From Desulfatiglandales bacterium (lineage in GTDB: Bacteria; Desulfobacterota; DSM-4660; Desulfatiglandales; Desulfatiglandaceae), in contig OY759599.1 in NCBI GenBank assembly GCA_963662465.1, positions 7,840,001 through 7,904,000 of the forward strand: 64,000 bases of DNA. Direction: 5' to 3'. Positions 19,493 to 29,825 of this stretch are shown in pieces. The notes under the pieces were generated by a model. The model ran no database searches and had not been told where the DNA came from. It saw only the letters and a program-made list of their open reading frames with translations. Made by a program: the position numbers and the translations under genes. How positions within the stretch are numbered: the first letter of the stretch is position 1; the number at the start of each line of letters is the position of its first letter.

Positions 19493-20762
19493 GATTCTCA
19501 TCTTATCCCTCCTGTTCCTCTTTGCCATCAATGCTCCCATCGCTATTGCCATCGGCGTGGCTTCTCTGCTGGGGATTCTGATACAGGGAGATTTCCCCAT
19601 GATGATGGTGGTGCAAAAAATGTTCGGCGGCATGGATTCCTTCCACCTGATGGCGGTTCCCCTGTTCATGTTTACCGGGGTCATCATGGAGGCGGGGGGC
19701 ATCAGCCGTAGAATTATCGATTTTGCGGACGCCCTCGTGGGATGGTTGCCCGGCGGACTGGCGGCGGTCACCATTGTTTCGGCCATGTTTTTTGCGGGCA
19801 TCTCCGGTTCGGCCGCCGCTGATGCCGCCGCGGTGGGCGCCATTCTGATCCCGGCCATGAAGAAATCCGGCTACGCGTCCGATTTTGCCGCCGCGGTTCA
19901 GGCTTCAGGCGGTTCTATCGGCGTCATTATTCCACCGTCCATTCCCATGATCATTTTCGGTTTTCTGACCGGCGCCTCCATCGGTCGTCTTTTTGCGGGC
20001 GGTATCCTGCCGGGAATCCTTATCGGCGCGTCCCTGATTGCGGTGGCAACCGTTATTTCACGTAAAAAGGGGTATGCGGCTACAAGGGCCTTTACCCTGA
20101 AGGAAATCGGGTACAGATTTAAAAGGGCGCTGTTGGCACTGGGCGCGCCCGTGATTATTCTGGGCGGCATTCTGATGGGGGTTTTTACGGCTACGGAATC
20201 GGCTGCCGTGGCAGTGGTGTATGCCCTGGGGTTGGGGATGCTGGTTTACCGAAAAATTACCCTCAGAGACCTTTTTCCGCTTTTCAGAGACGGCGCTGTT
20301 ACCTCCGCCATTGTCATGTTTATCATCGCCACGGCATCGGTCTTTAGCTGGATTGCCGCCATGGAGGATATCCCCGCTCGCCTGGCCGGTTCCCTGTTGG
20401 GCATCACCACCCATCCCGTGGGCCTGTTGTTGCTGATTAACGTCATTTTACTCATCGCCGGGGCATTTGTGGAAACCACCGCGGCTTTGATTCTTCTGGT
20501 TCCCATGATCACGGCCATGGCCCCCGCCCTGGGGGTGGATATGATTCAACTGGGGGTTATAGTGGTGACCAATCTGGCCATCGGCATGCTGACCCCGCCC
20601 ATGGGCATCTGCCTGATTGTTTCCGCCTCCATCTCGGGGGATAGCCTCACGGCCATCAGTCGGCGGATTTTACCGTTTCTGGCGGTTCTGCTGGTGGATT
20701 TGTTGATCATCACCTTTTATCCACCCTTGACCCTGTGGCTGGCCGGGATCGTGGCGAAATAG
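19482..20762 (+). CDS. dctM: TRAP large permease DctM
   Basis: AVPLFM, FAGISGSAAAD, IIPPSIPM, FTATES, GMLTPPMG. Confidence 0.95.
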   Translation: MTTEILILSLLFLFAINAPIAIAIGVASLLGILIQGDFPMMMVVQKMFGGMDSFHLMAVPLFMFTGVIMEAGGISRRIIDFADALVGWLPGGLAAVTIVSAMFFAGISGSAAADAAAVGAILIPAMKKSGYASDFAAAVQASGGSIGVIIPPSIPMIIFGFLTGASIGRLFAGGILPGILIGASLIAVATVISRKKGYAATRAFTLKEIGYRFKRALLALGAPVIILGGILMGVFTATESAAVAVVYALGLGMLVYRKITLRDLFPLFRDGAVTSAIVMFIIATASVFSWIAAMEDIPARLAGSLLGITTHPVGLLLLINVILLIAGAFVETTAALILLVPMITAMAPALGVDMIQLGVIVVTNLAIGMLTPPMGICLIVSASISGDSLTAISRRILPFLAVLLVDLLIITFYPPLTLWLAGIVAK

Positions 20763-20766
20763 AGAT

Positions 20767-20839
20767 AAAGTCCCCGATCAGGAACCTTTCATTGAAATGG
20801 CCTTGAAAAAATGATAAAAGTCCTCTATCGGCAATTTTT
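20767..20839. promoter_or_regulatory. Two imperfect palindromic operator-like boxes upstream of hipB
   Basis: aaagtccccgatcaggaaccttt and aaagtcctctatcggcaattttt. Confidence 0.45.
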
Positions 20840-20854
20840 TGCAGGGGCGCTAAG

Positions 20855-21085
20855 TTGAAACCTTCAACAAAAATTAATAATCCTAAAGAACTTGGTCAAT
20901 ATATTCTCAAAGAGCGCAGAAATTTAAAGCTAACCCAAAGAGAGATATCAGAATTTACGGATGTGGGTAGAAAGTTTGTTCTGGAGCTTGAAAAAGGGAA
21001 GGCAACCGCTCAAATCGGTAAAATATTTGAAGTCTTGAACGGACTGGGTCTTGAACTTCACCTGATTAAACGTGGAGATAGTTGA
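20855..21085 (+). CDS. hipB: HipB-like (y4mF-type) XRE HTH antitoxin
   Basis: RRNLKLTQ...VGRKFVLELEKGKATAQIGK. Confidence 0.85.
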   Translation: MKPSTKINNPKELGQYILKERRNLKLTQREISEFTDVGRKFVLELEKGKATAQIGKIFEVLNGLGLELHLIKRGDS

Positions 21086-22335
21086 CCTTGGAAAGACTCA
21101 ATGTTTTTTTTAATCAAAATTTGGTCGGTATTCTCAATCTGGACGACAACCGATTGTTTTCGTTTTCATACGCTGAAAAATGGCTTGGGGCGCCTGACGC
21201 TTTTCCATTATCCATTTCCCTTCCTTTGCAGGATAACGAATTTCCCGATCATAAAGTGAAACCTTTTTTTGCCAATTTACTGCCGGAATCTGCTGCCAGG
21301 GTTTTAATCGCCAAGCGGCTTGGCGTTTCTGAAAAAAATGATTTCCTGCTTCTCAAGTTTCTCGGCGGGGAATGTGCCGGCGCCATAACGCTGCTTCCCG
21401 AGTCAATATTGCCCGAATCTTGCGATCAATATCAGTATCGGCCTCTCTCGGAAGAACAATTGGCTGATCTGATAAAAAATATTCCCAAACGCCCTTTACT
21501 TGCCGGTGAAGAAGGTATTCGCATATCGCTTGCGGGAGCGCAGGACAAACTGGCTCTTTTTTATAAAAACCCCGTATTCAGCATCCCATTAAACGGCGCC
21601 CCCAGTAATTGTATTTTGAAACCGGGTATGGCTGATTTCCACTCCTCCGTTGAAAATGAGTGTTTTTGCATGATGCTTGCCGGTTCTTTAAATCTCAATG
21701 TTCCTTTGGTTAAAATTATCGAAAAAAAGCACAAAAAAGCACTATGGGTCCAACGGTATGATCGATTTTTTGATAATGATGCCCTCATCCGTTTGCACCA
21801 GGAAGACTTTTGTCAGGCCATGGGGCTTTCTCATGAATTGAAGTATCAGGCCGATGGCGGTCCCGATCTTAAGAAATGTTTTGACCTGGTCCGCAAATAT
21901 TCCGCAAATCCGATTAAGGACATGCAGCAGCTTCTAAACTGGGTGTTTTTTAATTATTTGATCGGAAATATGGATGCCCATGCTAAAAATTTATCTTTTT
22001 TGTATCACTCAAAACAAATAAGATTAGCGCCTTTCTATGATATGCTTTGTACCCATATTTATGAGGGTTTGTCTCAAAAACTTGCCATGAAAATAGGGAA
22101 TGAAAACAGGCCGAAATGGATAATGGAAAGACACTGGGAGAGATTTGCGGTCGAGATAAGGGTACGTCCTATGGTTCTAAAAAAGCAATTAACGGATTTT
22201 TGTCATCAAATCATTCACCAGATTGAGGAAACCTATACGAATTTTTCAAACGAATATGAACGAAATGATTTTGTACGGGATATCATATCTGCCATAAAAG
22301 GAAGATCAAAGACGACGCTTGAAAAATTGGGATAA
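21082..22335 (+). CDS. hipA: HipA kinase toxin
   Basis: FSYA..W..PLSISLP, FFANLLPE, SLAGAQDK, HQEDFCQ, GNMDAHAKN, APFYD. Confidence 0.95.
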   Translation: MTLERLNVFFNQNLVGILNLDDNRLFSFSYAEKWLGAPDAFPLSISLPLQDNEFPDHKVKPFFANLLPESAARVLIAKRLGVSEKNDFLLLKFLGGECAGAITLLPESILPESCDQYQYRPLSEEQLADLIKNIPKRPLLAGEEGIRISLAGAQDKLALFYKNPVFSIPLNGAPSNCILKPGMADFHSSVENECFCMMLAGSLNLNVPLVKIIEKKHKKALWVQRYDRFFDNDALIRLHQEDFCQAMGLSHELKYQADGGPDLKKCFDLVRKYSANPIKDMQQLLNWVFFNYLIGNMDAHAKNLSFLYHSKQIRLAPFYDMLCTHIYEGLSQKLAMKIGNENRPKWIMERHWERFAVEIRVRPMVLKKQLTDFCHQIIHQIEETYTNFSNEYERNDFVRDIISAIKGRSKTTLEKLG

Positions 22336-22395
22336 TGCTGGGACTCAGATCTCAACAGATATAAATCTTCCTTCATTAGAAAAGGTTTTAAGGAT

Positions 22396-23226
22396 ATGGA
22401 ACATACCTATTACGATTTTAAGGAAGAACAGCCTGAGATCAAAAGGTTATTAATTGCAATCGATGACTTGAAGGCTCAGATTGATCGTGAAAAGTCTTTG
22501 CATAAGGAGCGTTGGATTGCAATTCAGGAAAAGTTGCGTGTTGATTGGACGTACGATTCCAACGCGATTGAGGGCAGTTCTCTGACAAGGGGTGAAACCC
22601 TGTTCTTTTTGAAAGAGGGTTTGACGGTTGAAGGAAAGCCTTTCAAGGACTTCCTGGATGCCAGAAATCATGCCGAGGCCATTGACTGGCTTTATGACGT
22701 CATCAAAAACAATCGTTCCATTTCCCAGGGACTGATCAAAGAAATCAATGCACTGCTGTTGTCAGGCGTAAAATTTACGCCTGCCATGGATGAAACCGGT
22801 CGGAAAGTGCAAAAACCGGCGAATCCCGGAAAATACAAAGTTCTGCCGAATCATGTTTTGAAAACGGATGGAACGATTCATTTCTATACGGATCCGATTC
22901 ATGTATCCGATGAAATGGAAATTTTATGCCGGTGGATTGAGGAAAATATGGAAAACAGGCATCCCCTTATTACCGGTTCGATCGCCCACTATAATATGGT
23001 TAGAATTCACCCTTTTGACGACGGCAACGGTCGCGGGGCAAGAATCCTGATGAATCTGATTTTAATCAAAAAAGGGTATCCCGTTGCCATTATCAAAAGC
23101 GAAGACCGTCGGAAATATCTTGCCGCATTGAATGCGGCGGACAGGGGTGATATTGATGCTTTCTTCGCATTTACGGCCGATTCCCTGATTGATACTGAGA
23201 ATCTTATTCTTGAAGCAATGGGTTAA
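22396..23226 (+). CDS. Fic-family protein (class II, N-terminal inhibitory motif)
   Basis: HPFDDGNGRGAR catalytic motif; SNAIEG inhibitory motif. Confidence 0.93.
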   Translation: MEHTYYDFKEEQPEIKRLLIAIDDLKAQIDREKSLHKERWIAIQEKLRVDWTYDSNAIEGSSLTRGETLFFLKEGLTVEGKPFKDFLDARNHAEAIDWLYDVIKNNRSISQGLIKEINALLLSGVKFTPAMDETGRKVQKPANPGKYKVLPNHVLKTDGTIHFYTDPIHVSDEMEILCRWIEENMENRHPLITGSIAHYNMVRIHPFDDGNGRGARILMNLILIKKGYPVAIIKSEDRRKYLAALNAADRGDIDAFFAFTADSLIDTENLILEAMG

Positions 23227-23266
23227 TCGGGAAACCGGGATGTAACGATCATGCCGATCATAAAAT

Positions 23267-24334
23267 TTAACCCGAAACATAGACCCCCCGTTCCTTGCTC
23301 TTGATTTTCCCCTGTTGTCTGGCCCGGTAGATGACGTTTCGGATTTGGGTTTCGCCAAGTCCGGTTTTTTCCCGGATCATGGCCACGGTAACGCCTTTTT
23401 GGCTGTCTCTCACAATCTCCACCACCGATTCAAATAGCGTTTGGGGTGTTTTGGTTTCCGGCAATGTCTTTTTTGGGGTGGCTTTCTTCGCCGATTTTGA
23501 AGCCAAAACTTTGGTTTTGCTCACCTTTGGTATGGGTTTTGATGGTTTTTTTGTCCCCGCTGTTTTCGTCCCGGTTTTCTTTCTTTTCATTTCGGGGGCG
23601 ATGGGACTTTCCATGTCGATGCCGAACACATCCGCAAGATCCGAATCTTCAATGACCCTTGCGGTTTTCTTTCTGGCCTTATCAAGCAATTCGCGGGTTT
23701 TTTCTTCTATCGCCTCTGAAACCAGGTCCTTCATTTTGACCTGTCTCAGTTTGAAAAAAAGCGCCGGGTCCTGGTCGAGTCTGGCGCCGATCCCATAGAG
23801 GGTGGCGGCCACATGTTTGCACATGGTGGCCGAATCCGGGCAGGAGCAGTCAAACGCAATTTCTTTCGGGGAGGGGAAAAGCCCCTTTCCCCGGGTGGTA
23901 AAAATTTCCCCCAGGGCCTTTGGAAATTTTCCCGCCAAAAGCTCCTGCAATGATTCCAGCTTCCCTTCAGCTGCTGTCTTGAGGTCCCGCCAGGTTTTAT
24001 CTCCCATGGCCTCGATTTGGATCGTTACGGAGTAGGGTCTTGATTCTGATCCCTGGACCAGCGAATCAACTTTGCCGGCGCTTATCTGAAGATCAAGGAC
24101 TGCCCCATGGCGAACGTAACTGCGCCCCCTGCCGATGCGGTTGCTGTAGTCTGCATAGGTTTCAAGGTTTTTGTTCCAGGCCTTTCCCCACCAGGTTTTG
24201 GCAATGGCTTTGCCTTCGATCACAACAGGGTTGATATGGGGGTTTTTTTTCTTGAGCTGTTTGAGTTTTTTCTCGGCCTTTGCTCTCTTTTCCGCTACGC
24301 TGACATAAGGGGGGTAGCTCCAATAACTCATCAT
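23267..24334 (-). CDS. SWIM zinc-finger protein with C-terminal HTH
   Basis: TWWGKAW, NRIGRGRSYVR, CSCPD..MCKHVAA; start placed at MMSYW after RBS cagggag. Confidence 0.88.
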   Translation of the reverse strand: MMSYWSYPPYVSVAEKRAKAEKKLKQLKKKNPHINPVVIEGKAIAKTWWGKAWNKNLETYADYSNRIGRGRSYVRHGAVLDLQISAGKVDSLVQGSESRPYSVTIQIEAMGDKTWRDLKTAAEGKLESLQELLAGKFPKALGEIFTTRGKGLFPSPKEIAFDCSCPDSATMCKHVAATLYGIGARLDQDPALFFKLRQVKMKDLVSEAIEEKTRELLDKARKKTARVIEDSDLADVFGIDMESPIAPEMKRKKTGTKTAGTKKPSKPIPKVSKTKVLASKSAKKATPKKTLPETKTPQTLFESVVEIVRDSQKGVTVAMIREKTGLGETQIRNVIYRARQQGKIKSKERGVYVSG

Positions 24335-24362
24335 CGTCTCCCTGTGAATTAAAAATGAAAAT

Positions 24363-27137
24363 TTACAATGACAGTTTAAACATATCCAGGAGTTCATCAT
24401 TTTTCATTTCGGTGATCCAACCATCACCGGTACTCGCAATGATTTCCCGGCTTAATTTGGATTTTTCCTCCAGCATCATGTCAATCTTCTCTTCCACCGT
24501 GCCCTGGGTCAAAAACTTGTGTACCACCACATTTTTCTTCTGACCGATTCTGAAGGCCCTGTCCGTTGCCTGGTTCTCCACGGCGGGGTTCCACCACCGG
24601 TCAAAATGAACCACATGGTTCGCTTCCGTCAGGTTTAAACCGATCCCACCGGCCTTGAGAGATAACACCATGAAGGGGATATAGTCCGCGCTTTGAAATT
24701 GTTCAATAATTTTCTTTCGCTTCCCCACGGCGACGCTGCCGTGCAGAATCAACCCCTCTCGATGAAAAACGGCTGAAAGGAGATCATGGAGGGGTTGGGT
24801 CATTTCCTTGAACTGGGTGAAGACAAGGACCTTCTCTCTCTTTTCATAGATGGTTTCGCAGATTTCACGGAGCCTTTGGAATTTGCCGCTCTCCTTTTCT
24901 TCAAACCCGCCGGTCCCCAGGTATTGATCCGGATGATTACAGATCTGCTTGAACTTCATGAGAGAAGAAAGAATCAAGCCTTTTCGTTGAATCCCCTCCG
25001 CTTCTTTGATGGATCTTCGAATATCACCCACAAGCTTTCCATACAACAGCACCTGTTTTTTGGCAAGGGGGGCATAGGTCTTCATTTCCACCTTTTCGGG
25101 GAGGTCGCTGATGACCGATTTATCGGTCTTGAGTCGCCTCAAAATGTAAGGGCTGATGATGTTGCGCAGTCTGGCGTACCCCGATGCATCACTGTTCAGC
25201 TTTTTTGAAAATTTCTTGAACTCCCCGGCGTTTCCCAGAAGCCCGGGATTCAGAAAGTCAAACAGGGACCAGAGGTCCGACAACCGGTTTTCGATGGGGG
25301 TGCCGGTCATGATGATCCGGTTTTCGGCAATGAGCTTTTTGACGGCTCTGGATTGTTTTGTGCCGGGATTCTTGATGGCCTGGGCCTCGTCTAAAATGAC
25401 GTAGTTCCAGGTATGATCCTGAAGCCACGAATACCGTTGAATCAGGGCATAGGTGGTGATGATGAGATCGAATGCATCCAGGTCCCGGTTTTCAGGCAGA
25501 ACGCCATTTTTAAGACCGGCACCATTTTCAGGAGGGCCGCCATTTTTTAGACCCGCACCATTTTTAAGACCGGCACTGGGATGGGCCACGAAGAACCGGG
25601 TGTCGGGTGAAAATCGCTTGATTTCGTTTTCCCAGTTGGAAATCAGGGAGGCCGGTATGACGAGCAGACTGGCCTTGTTTGACTGACCGGTTTTCCTAAG
25701 ATCCGACTTTATGATATTCAAGAAGCCGAGCACCTGAATGGTCTTCCCCAGCCCCATGTCATCCGCCAGGCAGGCCCCGAATTTTAGGGAATGCAGGAAG
25801 TAGAGCCAGTTCAATCCCTTTTGTTGATAACCCCTGAGTTTGGCGGTGAATGTCTTGTGGGGTTTGATCGATGGGACCAAGGCTGGATCCGCCAGCTTCT
25901 GAATTACCGATTCCAACCACTTGCCGTTGGAGATGCCATGATCAATTTCCTCGGAACTTAACCCCAGAAATCGCTCCGGCATCAGTTGCATCCGCATGGC
26001 TTCGGACAGCGTCAGCCCTTCTTTTTCCATCATGCCCCTGGCTTTTTCATAGGCATCGAGGGTCTGGGTCAATTTTTCCCGGTCTACGGCCACCCATCTG
26101 TTTTTGATGAAGGCGAGCCCGTCCGACTCCGCCAGTAACTGTTTTGCCTCTGCCTCCGAAATCTGGGCGCCGCCTAAAAACAGTTGTGCATCGAAACTCA
26201 AAATGGCATTCATCCCGGCCAAGGAGGGTTTTTTATCTCCCAGGCTGAAATTCAATCGGACGCCGGACTGCTTTCCTTTCCACCAGTTGGGGATTCGGCA
26301 CAAAATGCCCGATTCTTCGTAAATGGGGATTTCTTTAAGAAAAGTGAATGCTTCCCTGGAAGTCCAGCCCAGGGGGTGAAACAGCTCGCCGGTTTGAAGG
26401 AGCTCTCCCATGAGCGGGCTTCTTTTTTCGGCTGTATGCACCGTTGCGAGCAGTTCCAGGAGTTTTTCATCATCATTTTCATATTCCTGTAAAGCGTGCT
26501 TGAGGGGGAGATGTTTCGATTTTCCCTGTCGGTTTAATCTTGTGGTGTAGGTGGCCATGAACGCAAAGGGATAGTCGCTGCTTTTGTTTTCTACCAGGTG
26601 AAAGAAGACCCTGCCCACCAGATGAACATTGGGGCTGTAGGTCCTGATAAAGTCCTCAACGGACCCGTTGTAAGATTGAATGGCTTGGGAAAAGGCCTGG
26701 TTTAAGCGGATCCACACGGTTTCAAGCAGGTCTACCTTGAGATACGCCACGCCGGTCATCATGGGCGCCCAGGTCAGATGGGTTTCCAAATCCTCTTTGG
26801 TTACGGGGATGTTCACCTGGTGGCGGAGGGATTCCAGTTCCGGAATCCGGCATAATTTTGCGGCAAACAATCCGGAAAAACGCCGCCAATAATCAAGGGA
26901 AGGGTGAAGTGGAATCTGTGGATCGGAAAACCCTAAGAAAAGGAGCCACAGGTCGGATTTGTCGGAAAACCGGGTATGGATTTCGTTCTGTAACACCCGG
27001 CTGCTTTCGGGGATGGTATCTTGTGTATCCATCCATTCCAGATGCAGCGTGCCGTTTGGCAGAATCACAAGGTTTAGTTCGGGGGTGGTTTTTTGTTCCA
27101 TTGTAACGCTCATTGCCGGAATTGCATCAGACTTCAA
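24363..27137 (-). CDS. SNF2-family helicase/ATPase
   Basis: LADDMGLGKT, DEAQAIKN, TGTPIEN, GLNLT, HFDRWWNPAVENQATDRAFRIGQ. Confidence 0.95.
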   Translation of the reverse strand: MKSDAIPAMSVTMEQKTTPELNLVILPNGTLHLEWMDTQDTIPESSRVLQNEIHTRFSDKSDLWLLFLGFSDPQIPLHPSLDYWRRFSGLFAAKLCRIPELESLRHQVNIPVTKEDLETHLTWAPMMTGVAYLKVDLLETVWIRLNQAFSQAIQSYNGSVEDFIRTYSPNVHLVGRVFFHLVENKSSDYPFAFMATYTTRLNRQGKSKHLPLKHALQEYENDDEKLLELLATVHTAEKRSPLMGELLQTGELFHPLGWTSREAFTFLKEIPIYEESGILCRIPNWWKGKQSGVRLNFSLGDKKPSLAGMNAILSFDAQLFLGGAQISEAEAKQLLAESDGLAFIKNRWVAVDREKLTQTLDAYEKARGMMEKEGLTLSEAMRMQLMPERFLGLSSEEIDHGISNGKWLESVIQKLADPALVPSIKPHKTFTAKLRGYQQKGLNWLYFLHSLKFGACLADDMGLGKTIQVLGFLNIIKSDLRKTGQSNKASLLVIPASLISNWENEIKRFSPDTRFFVAHPSAGLKNGAGLKNGGPPENGAGLKNGVLPENRDLDAFDLIITTYALIQRYSWLQDHTWNYVILDEAQAIKNPGTKQSRAVKKLIAENRIIMTGTPIENRLSDLWSLFDFLNPGLLGNAGEFKKFSKKLNSDASGYARLRNIISPYILRRLKTDKSVISDLPEKVEMKTYAPLAKKQVLLYGKLVGDIRRSIKEAEGIQRKGLILSSLMKFKQICNHPDQYLGTGGFEEKESGKFQRLREICETIYEKREKVLVFTQFKEMTQPLHDLLSAVFHREGLILHGSVAVGKRKKIIEQFQSADYIPFMVLSLKAGGIGLNLTEANHVVHFDRWWNPAVENQATDRAFRIGQKKNVVVHKFLTQGTVEEKIDMMLEEKSKLSREIIASTGDGWITEMKNDELLDMFKLSL
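25486..25575. repeat. In-frame 18-bp tandem repeat (5 units) inside the SNF2 gene
   Basis: ccatttttaagaccggca-type units encoding AGLKNG AGLKNG GPPENG AGLKNG VLPENR. Confidence 0.85.
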
Positions 27138-27426
27138 TTTTTCGCGAACATACCATTTTCACGGATCAGGTCAATGCAAATCTGGAAAAATAAAAATTGT
27201 TGATTTTTAAATTGCAGAAGGGGAAGATGTGGATTCAGAAATGGGTCCATCATCTTGCGGATCTTGAAGGGAAACTATTTAAGAATATGGACATGAGAGG
27301 CTTTTCTCTTGAGGAGAAGGATGACGCCATCAAATTCCTGAAAGGTGCATGACAAATTCAGACGCTATCGTTGTGTGGTGTATGAAAATTTGATTTCTCT
27401 AATTTATAATAAGGAGGCAACCAAAA

Positions 27427-28188
27427 ATGAGTCAACCGATTCGAATTATGCCGTGTATGGACATGCAGAACGGACGGGTCGTCAAGGGTGTGCATTTTGT
27501 GGATATTCGAGATGCCGGCGATCCTGTTCAATGCGCACGGGCCTATTGTGAAAATGGCGCGGACGAACTGGCGCTTTTGGATATTACGGCCACGGTGGAA
27601 GGGAGAGCGACCATGGTCGAGGTCGTTAAAAATGTGGCGGAGGTCTCCACTGTGCCGTTTACTGTCGGCGGAGGCATTTCCGATTTGAAATCCGCCGAGA
27701 TGGTGTTGAGCGCCGGGGCCGATAAAGTGTCAATCAGCAGTGCCGCCTTTCGGAAGCCCGAATTGATCCCCGAACTTGTGAAAACGCTCGGCGCTGATAA
27801 GGTGACAGTGGCCATTGACGTGGATCAGAATGAAGCCATGCCCTCCGGTTACGAAGTCTATATTGATGGCGGACGAACGCCTACGGGTGCGGACGCGGTT
27901 GAATGGGCAAAGCGCGTAGACGGCTTTGGCGTACCGGTTATTCTTCCCACCAGCAAGGCGGGAGATGGTGTTCAGACCGGTTATGATTTGCCGGTTATCA
28001 GGGCCATCAAAGAAGCTGTGTCGGCGGAGGTTGTGGCCTCCGGCGGTGCGGGAACATTGGCGCATTTTTATGACGCTGTTCAAGCGGGGGCCACCATTCT
28101 GCTCGCCGCATCGGTCTTTCATTTTGGGCTCATCGGAATTGGGGAGTTGAAGGATTACCTTCGGGGCCGGAAGGTTAACATCCTTTGA
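27427..28188 (+). CDS. hisF: Imidazole glycerol phosphate synthase cyclase subunit, stand-alone
   Basis: RIMPCMD..GRVVKG, GADELALLDITA, PFTVGGGI, VAIDV, ASGGAG, LAASVFH. Confidence 0.9.
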   Translation: MSQPIRIMPCMDMQNGRVVKGVHFVDIRDAGDPVQCARAYCENGADELALLDITATVEGRATMVEVVKNVAEVSTVPFTVGGGISDLKSAEMVLSAGADKVSISSAAFRKPELIPELVKTLGADKVTVAIDVDQNEAMPSGYEVYIDGGRTPTGADAVEWAKRVDGFGVPVILPTSKAGDGVQTGYDLPVIRAIKEAVSAEVVASGGAGTLAHFYDAVQAGATILLAASVFHFGLIGIGELKDYLRGRKVNIL

Positions 28189-28236
28189 TATTGGAAGAAT
28201 ATCGGTTTTATGAAAATCTAAGACAGGAGGAAAATC

Positions 28237-29703
28237 ATGGATCAAGAGAAAATGAAGCTGACCCACAACTCCGGCGCTCCCGTTGCCGACAACCAGAATG
28301 TGATGACCGCCGGACCACGGGGTCCACAGCTCCTGCAGGATGTCTGGTTTCTGGAGAAGCTGGCTCACTTCGACCGGGAGGTCATCCCTGAGCGGCGCAT
28401 GCATGCCAAGGGCTCCGGCGCCTATGGCGACTTTACCGTTACCCACGATATTACCCCCTACACCAAGGCCAAGATATTTTCCCAGGTGGGCAAGAAGACC
28501 GATCTGTTCATCCGTTTCTCCACGGTTGCCGGCGAGCGGGGGGCGGCGGATGCTGAGCGCGATATCAGAGGGTTTGCCATGAAATTCTATACGGAGGAGG
28601 GGAATTGGGATCTGGTGGGGAACAACACCCCGGTATTTTTTCTGCGTGATCCCCTGAAGTTTCCGGACCTGAACCACGCCGTTAAGCGCGACCCCCGAAC
28701 CAATCTGCGCAGCGCCCGCAACAACTGGGACTTCTGGACCTCTTTGCCGGAAGCGCTGCACCAGGTGACCATCACCATGAGCGACCGGGGAATTCCCTAT
28801 TCCTACCGCCACATGCACGGCTTCGGCAGTCACACCTTCAGCCTCATCAATGCCGACAATGAGCGGTTCTGGGTCAAGTTTCATCTGCACACCCAGCAGG
28901 GGATTAAAAACCTCACCGATGAAGAGGCTGCGGTCATGATCGGCAAGTGCCGGGAAAGCCATCAACGGGATTTGTACGAGAGCATCGAGAAGGGGGATTT
29001 TCCACGCTGGACCCTGTTCATTCAGGTGATGGCTGAGAAAGAGGCCGCCCATTGTCCCTACAACCCCTTTGATTTGACAAAGGTTTGGCCCCACAAGGAC
29101 TACCCCCTCATGGAGGTGGGTGTTCTGGAACTCAACCGCAACCCGGAGAACTATTTTGCCGAGGTGGAGCAGTCGGCTTTCAATCCGGCCAGTATTGTGC
29201 CCGGCATCGGATTTTCCCCCGACAAGATGCTGCAGGGACGGCTTTTCTCCTACGCCGACGCCCAGCGTTACCGGCTTGGCGTGAACCATCACCTGATCCC
29301 GGTCAATGCGTCCCGCTGCCCCTTTCACAGCTACCATCGGGACGGCGCTATGCGGGTGGACGGCAACTACGGCAGTACCCTGGGTTATGAGCCCAACAGC
29401 TATGGCGAGTGGCGGGAACAGCCCGATTTTTCGGAACCGCCCCTGAGCCTCGAGGGGGCTGCCGACCATTTTAATCATCGCGAGGACGACGATTATTACT
29501 CCCAGCCCGGGAATCTCTTCCGGCTGATGGGTCCCTCGCAGCAGCAGGTGCTTTTCGAAAATACCGCCCGGGCCATGGGGGATGCGCCCAAAATGATCAA
29601 GATCCGCCACATCGGCAATTGCCTGAAAGCGGATCCGGCTTACGGCAAGGGGGTTGCCGATGCGCTTGGCATTCCGCTTGACGACGTGCCCGAGGCGGCA
29701 TAA
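28237..29703 (+). CDS. katA: Monofunctional small-subunit heme catalase
   Basis: [15 protein letters not shown] active-site motif; [14 protein letters not shown] heme-ligand motif. Confidence 0.97.
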   Translation: MDQEKMKLTHNSGAPVADNQNVMTAGPRGPQLLQDVWFLEKLAHFDREVIPERRMHAKGSGAYGDFTVTHDITPYTKAKIFSQVGKKTDLFIRFSTVAGERGAADAERDIRGFAMKFYTEEGNWDLVGNNTPVFFLRDPLKFPDLNHAVKRDPRTNLRSARNNWDFWTSLPEALHQVTITMSDRGIPYSYRHMHGFGSHTFSLINADNERFWVKFHLHTQQGIKNLTDEEAAVMIGKCRESHQRDLYESIEKGDFPRWTLFIQVMAEKEAAHCPYNPFDLTKVWPHKDYPLMEVGVLELNRNPENYFAEVEQSAFNPASIVPGIGFSPDKMLQGRLFSYADAQRYRLGVNHHLIPVNASRCPFHSYHRDGAMRVDGNYGSTLGYEPNSYGEWREQPDFSEPPLSLEGAADHFNHREDDDYYSQPGNLFRLMGPSQQQVLFENTARAMGDAPKMIKIRHIGNCLKADPAYGKGVADALGIPLDDVPEAA

Positions 29704-29740
29704 TCCAGACAATCGGTGCGTGTTTACCGATCATGTGGTG

Positions 29741-29773
29741 ATAGGGAGTGACTGTGAGGTGACTCCCTATTTC
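29741..29773. terminator. Hairpin between the converging katA and vapC genes
   Basis: atagggagt...actccctat followed by ttt. Confidence 0.5.
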
Positions 29774-29825
29774 AATCAGGTGCTTCGTGGATAAGGAACC
29801 GGTAGCTTCGCTCCATGGGAGGGCA

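Noticed and set aside
27210..27345. Short coding-like stretch (WIQKWVHHLADLEGKLFKNMDMRGFSLEEKDDAIKFL), possibly a SpoIIAA-like tail
   Set aside because: Too short to assign without a search.
27730..29712. 660-aa minus-strand ORF
   Set aside because: Antisense shadow of katA and hisF, which carry the recognisable motifs.
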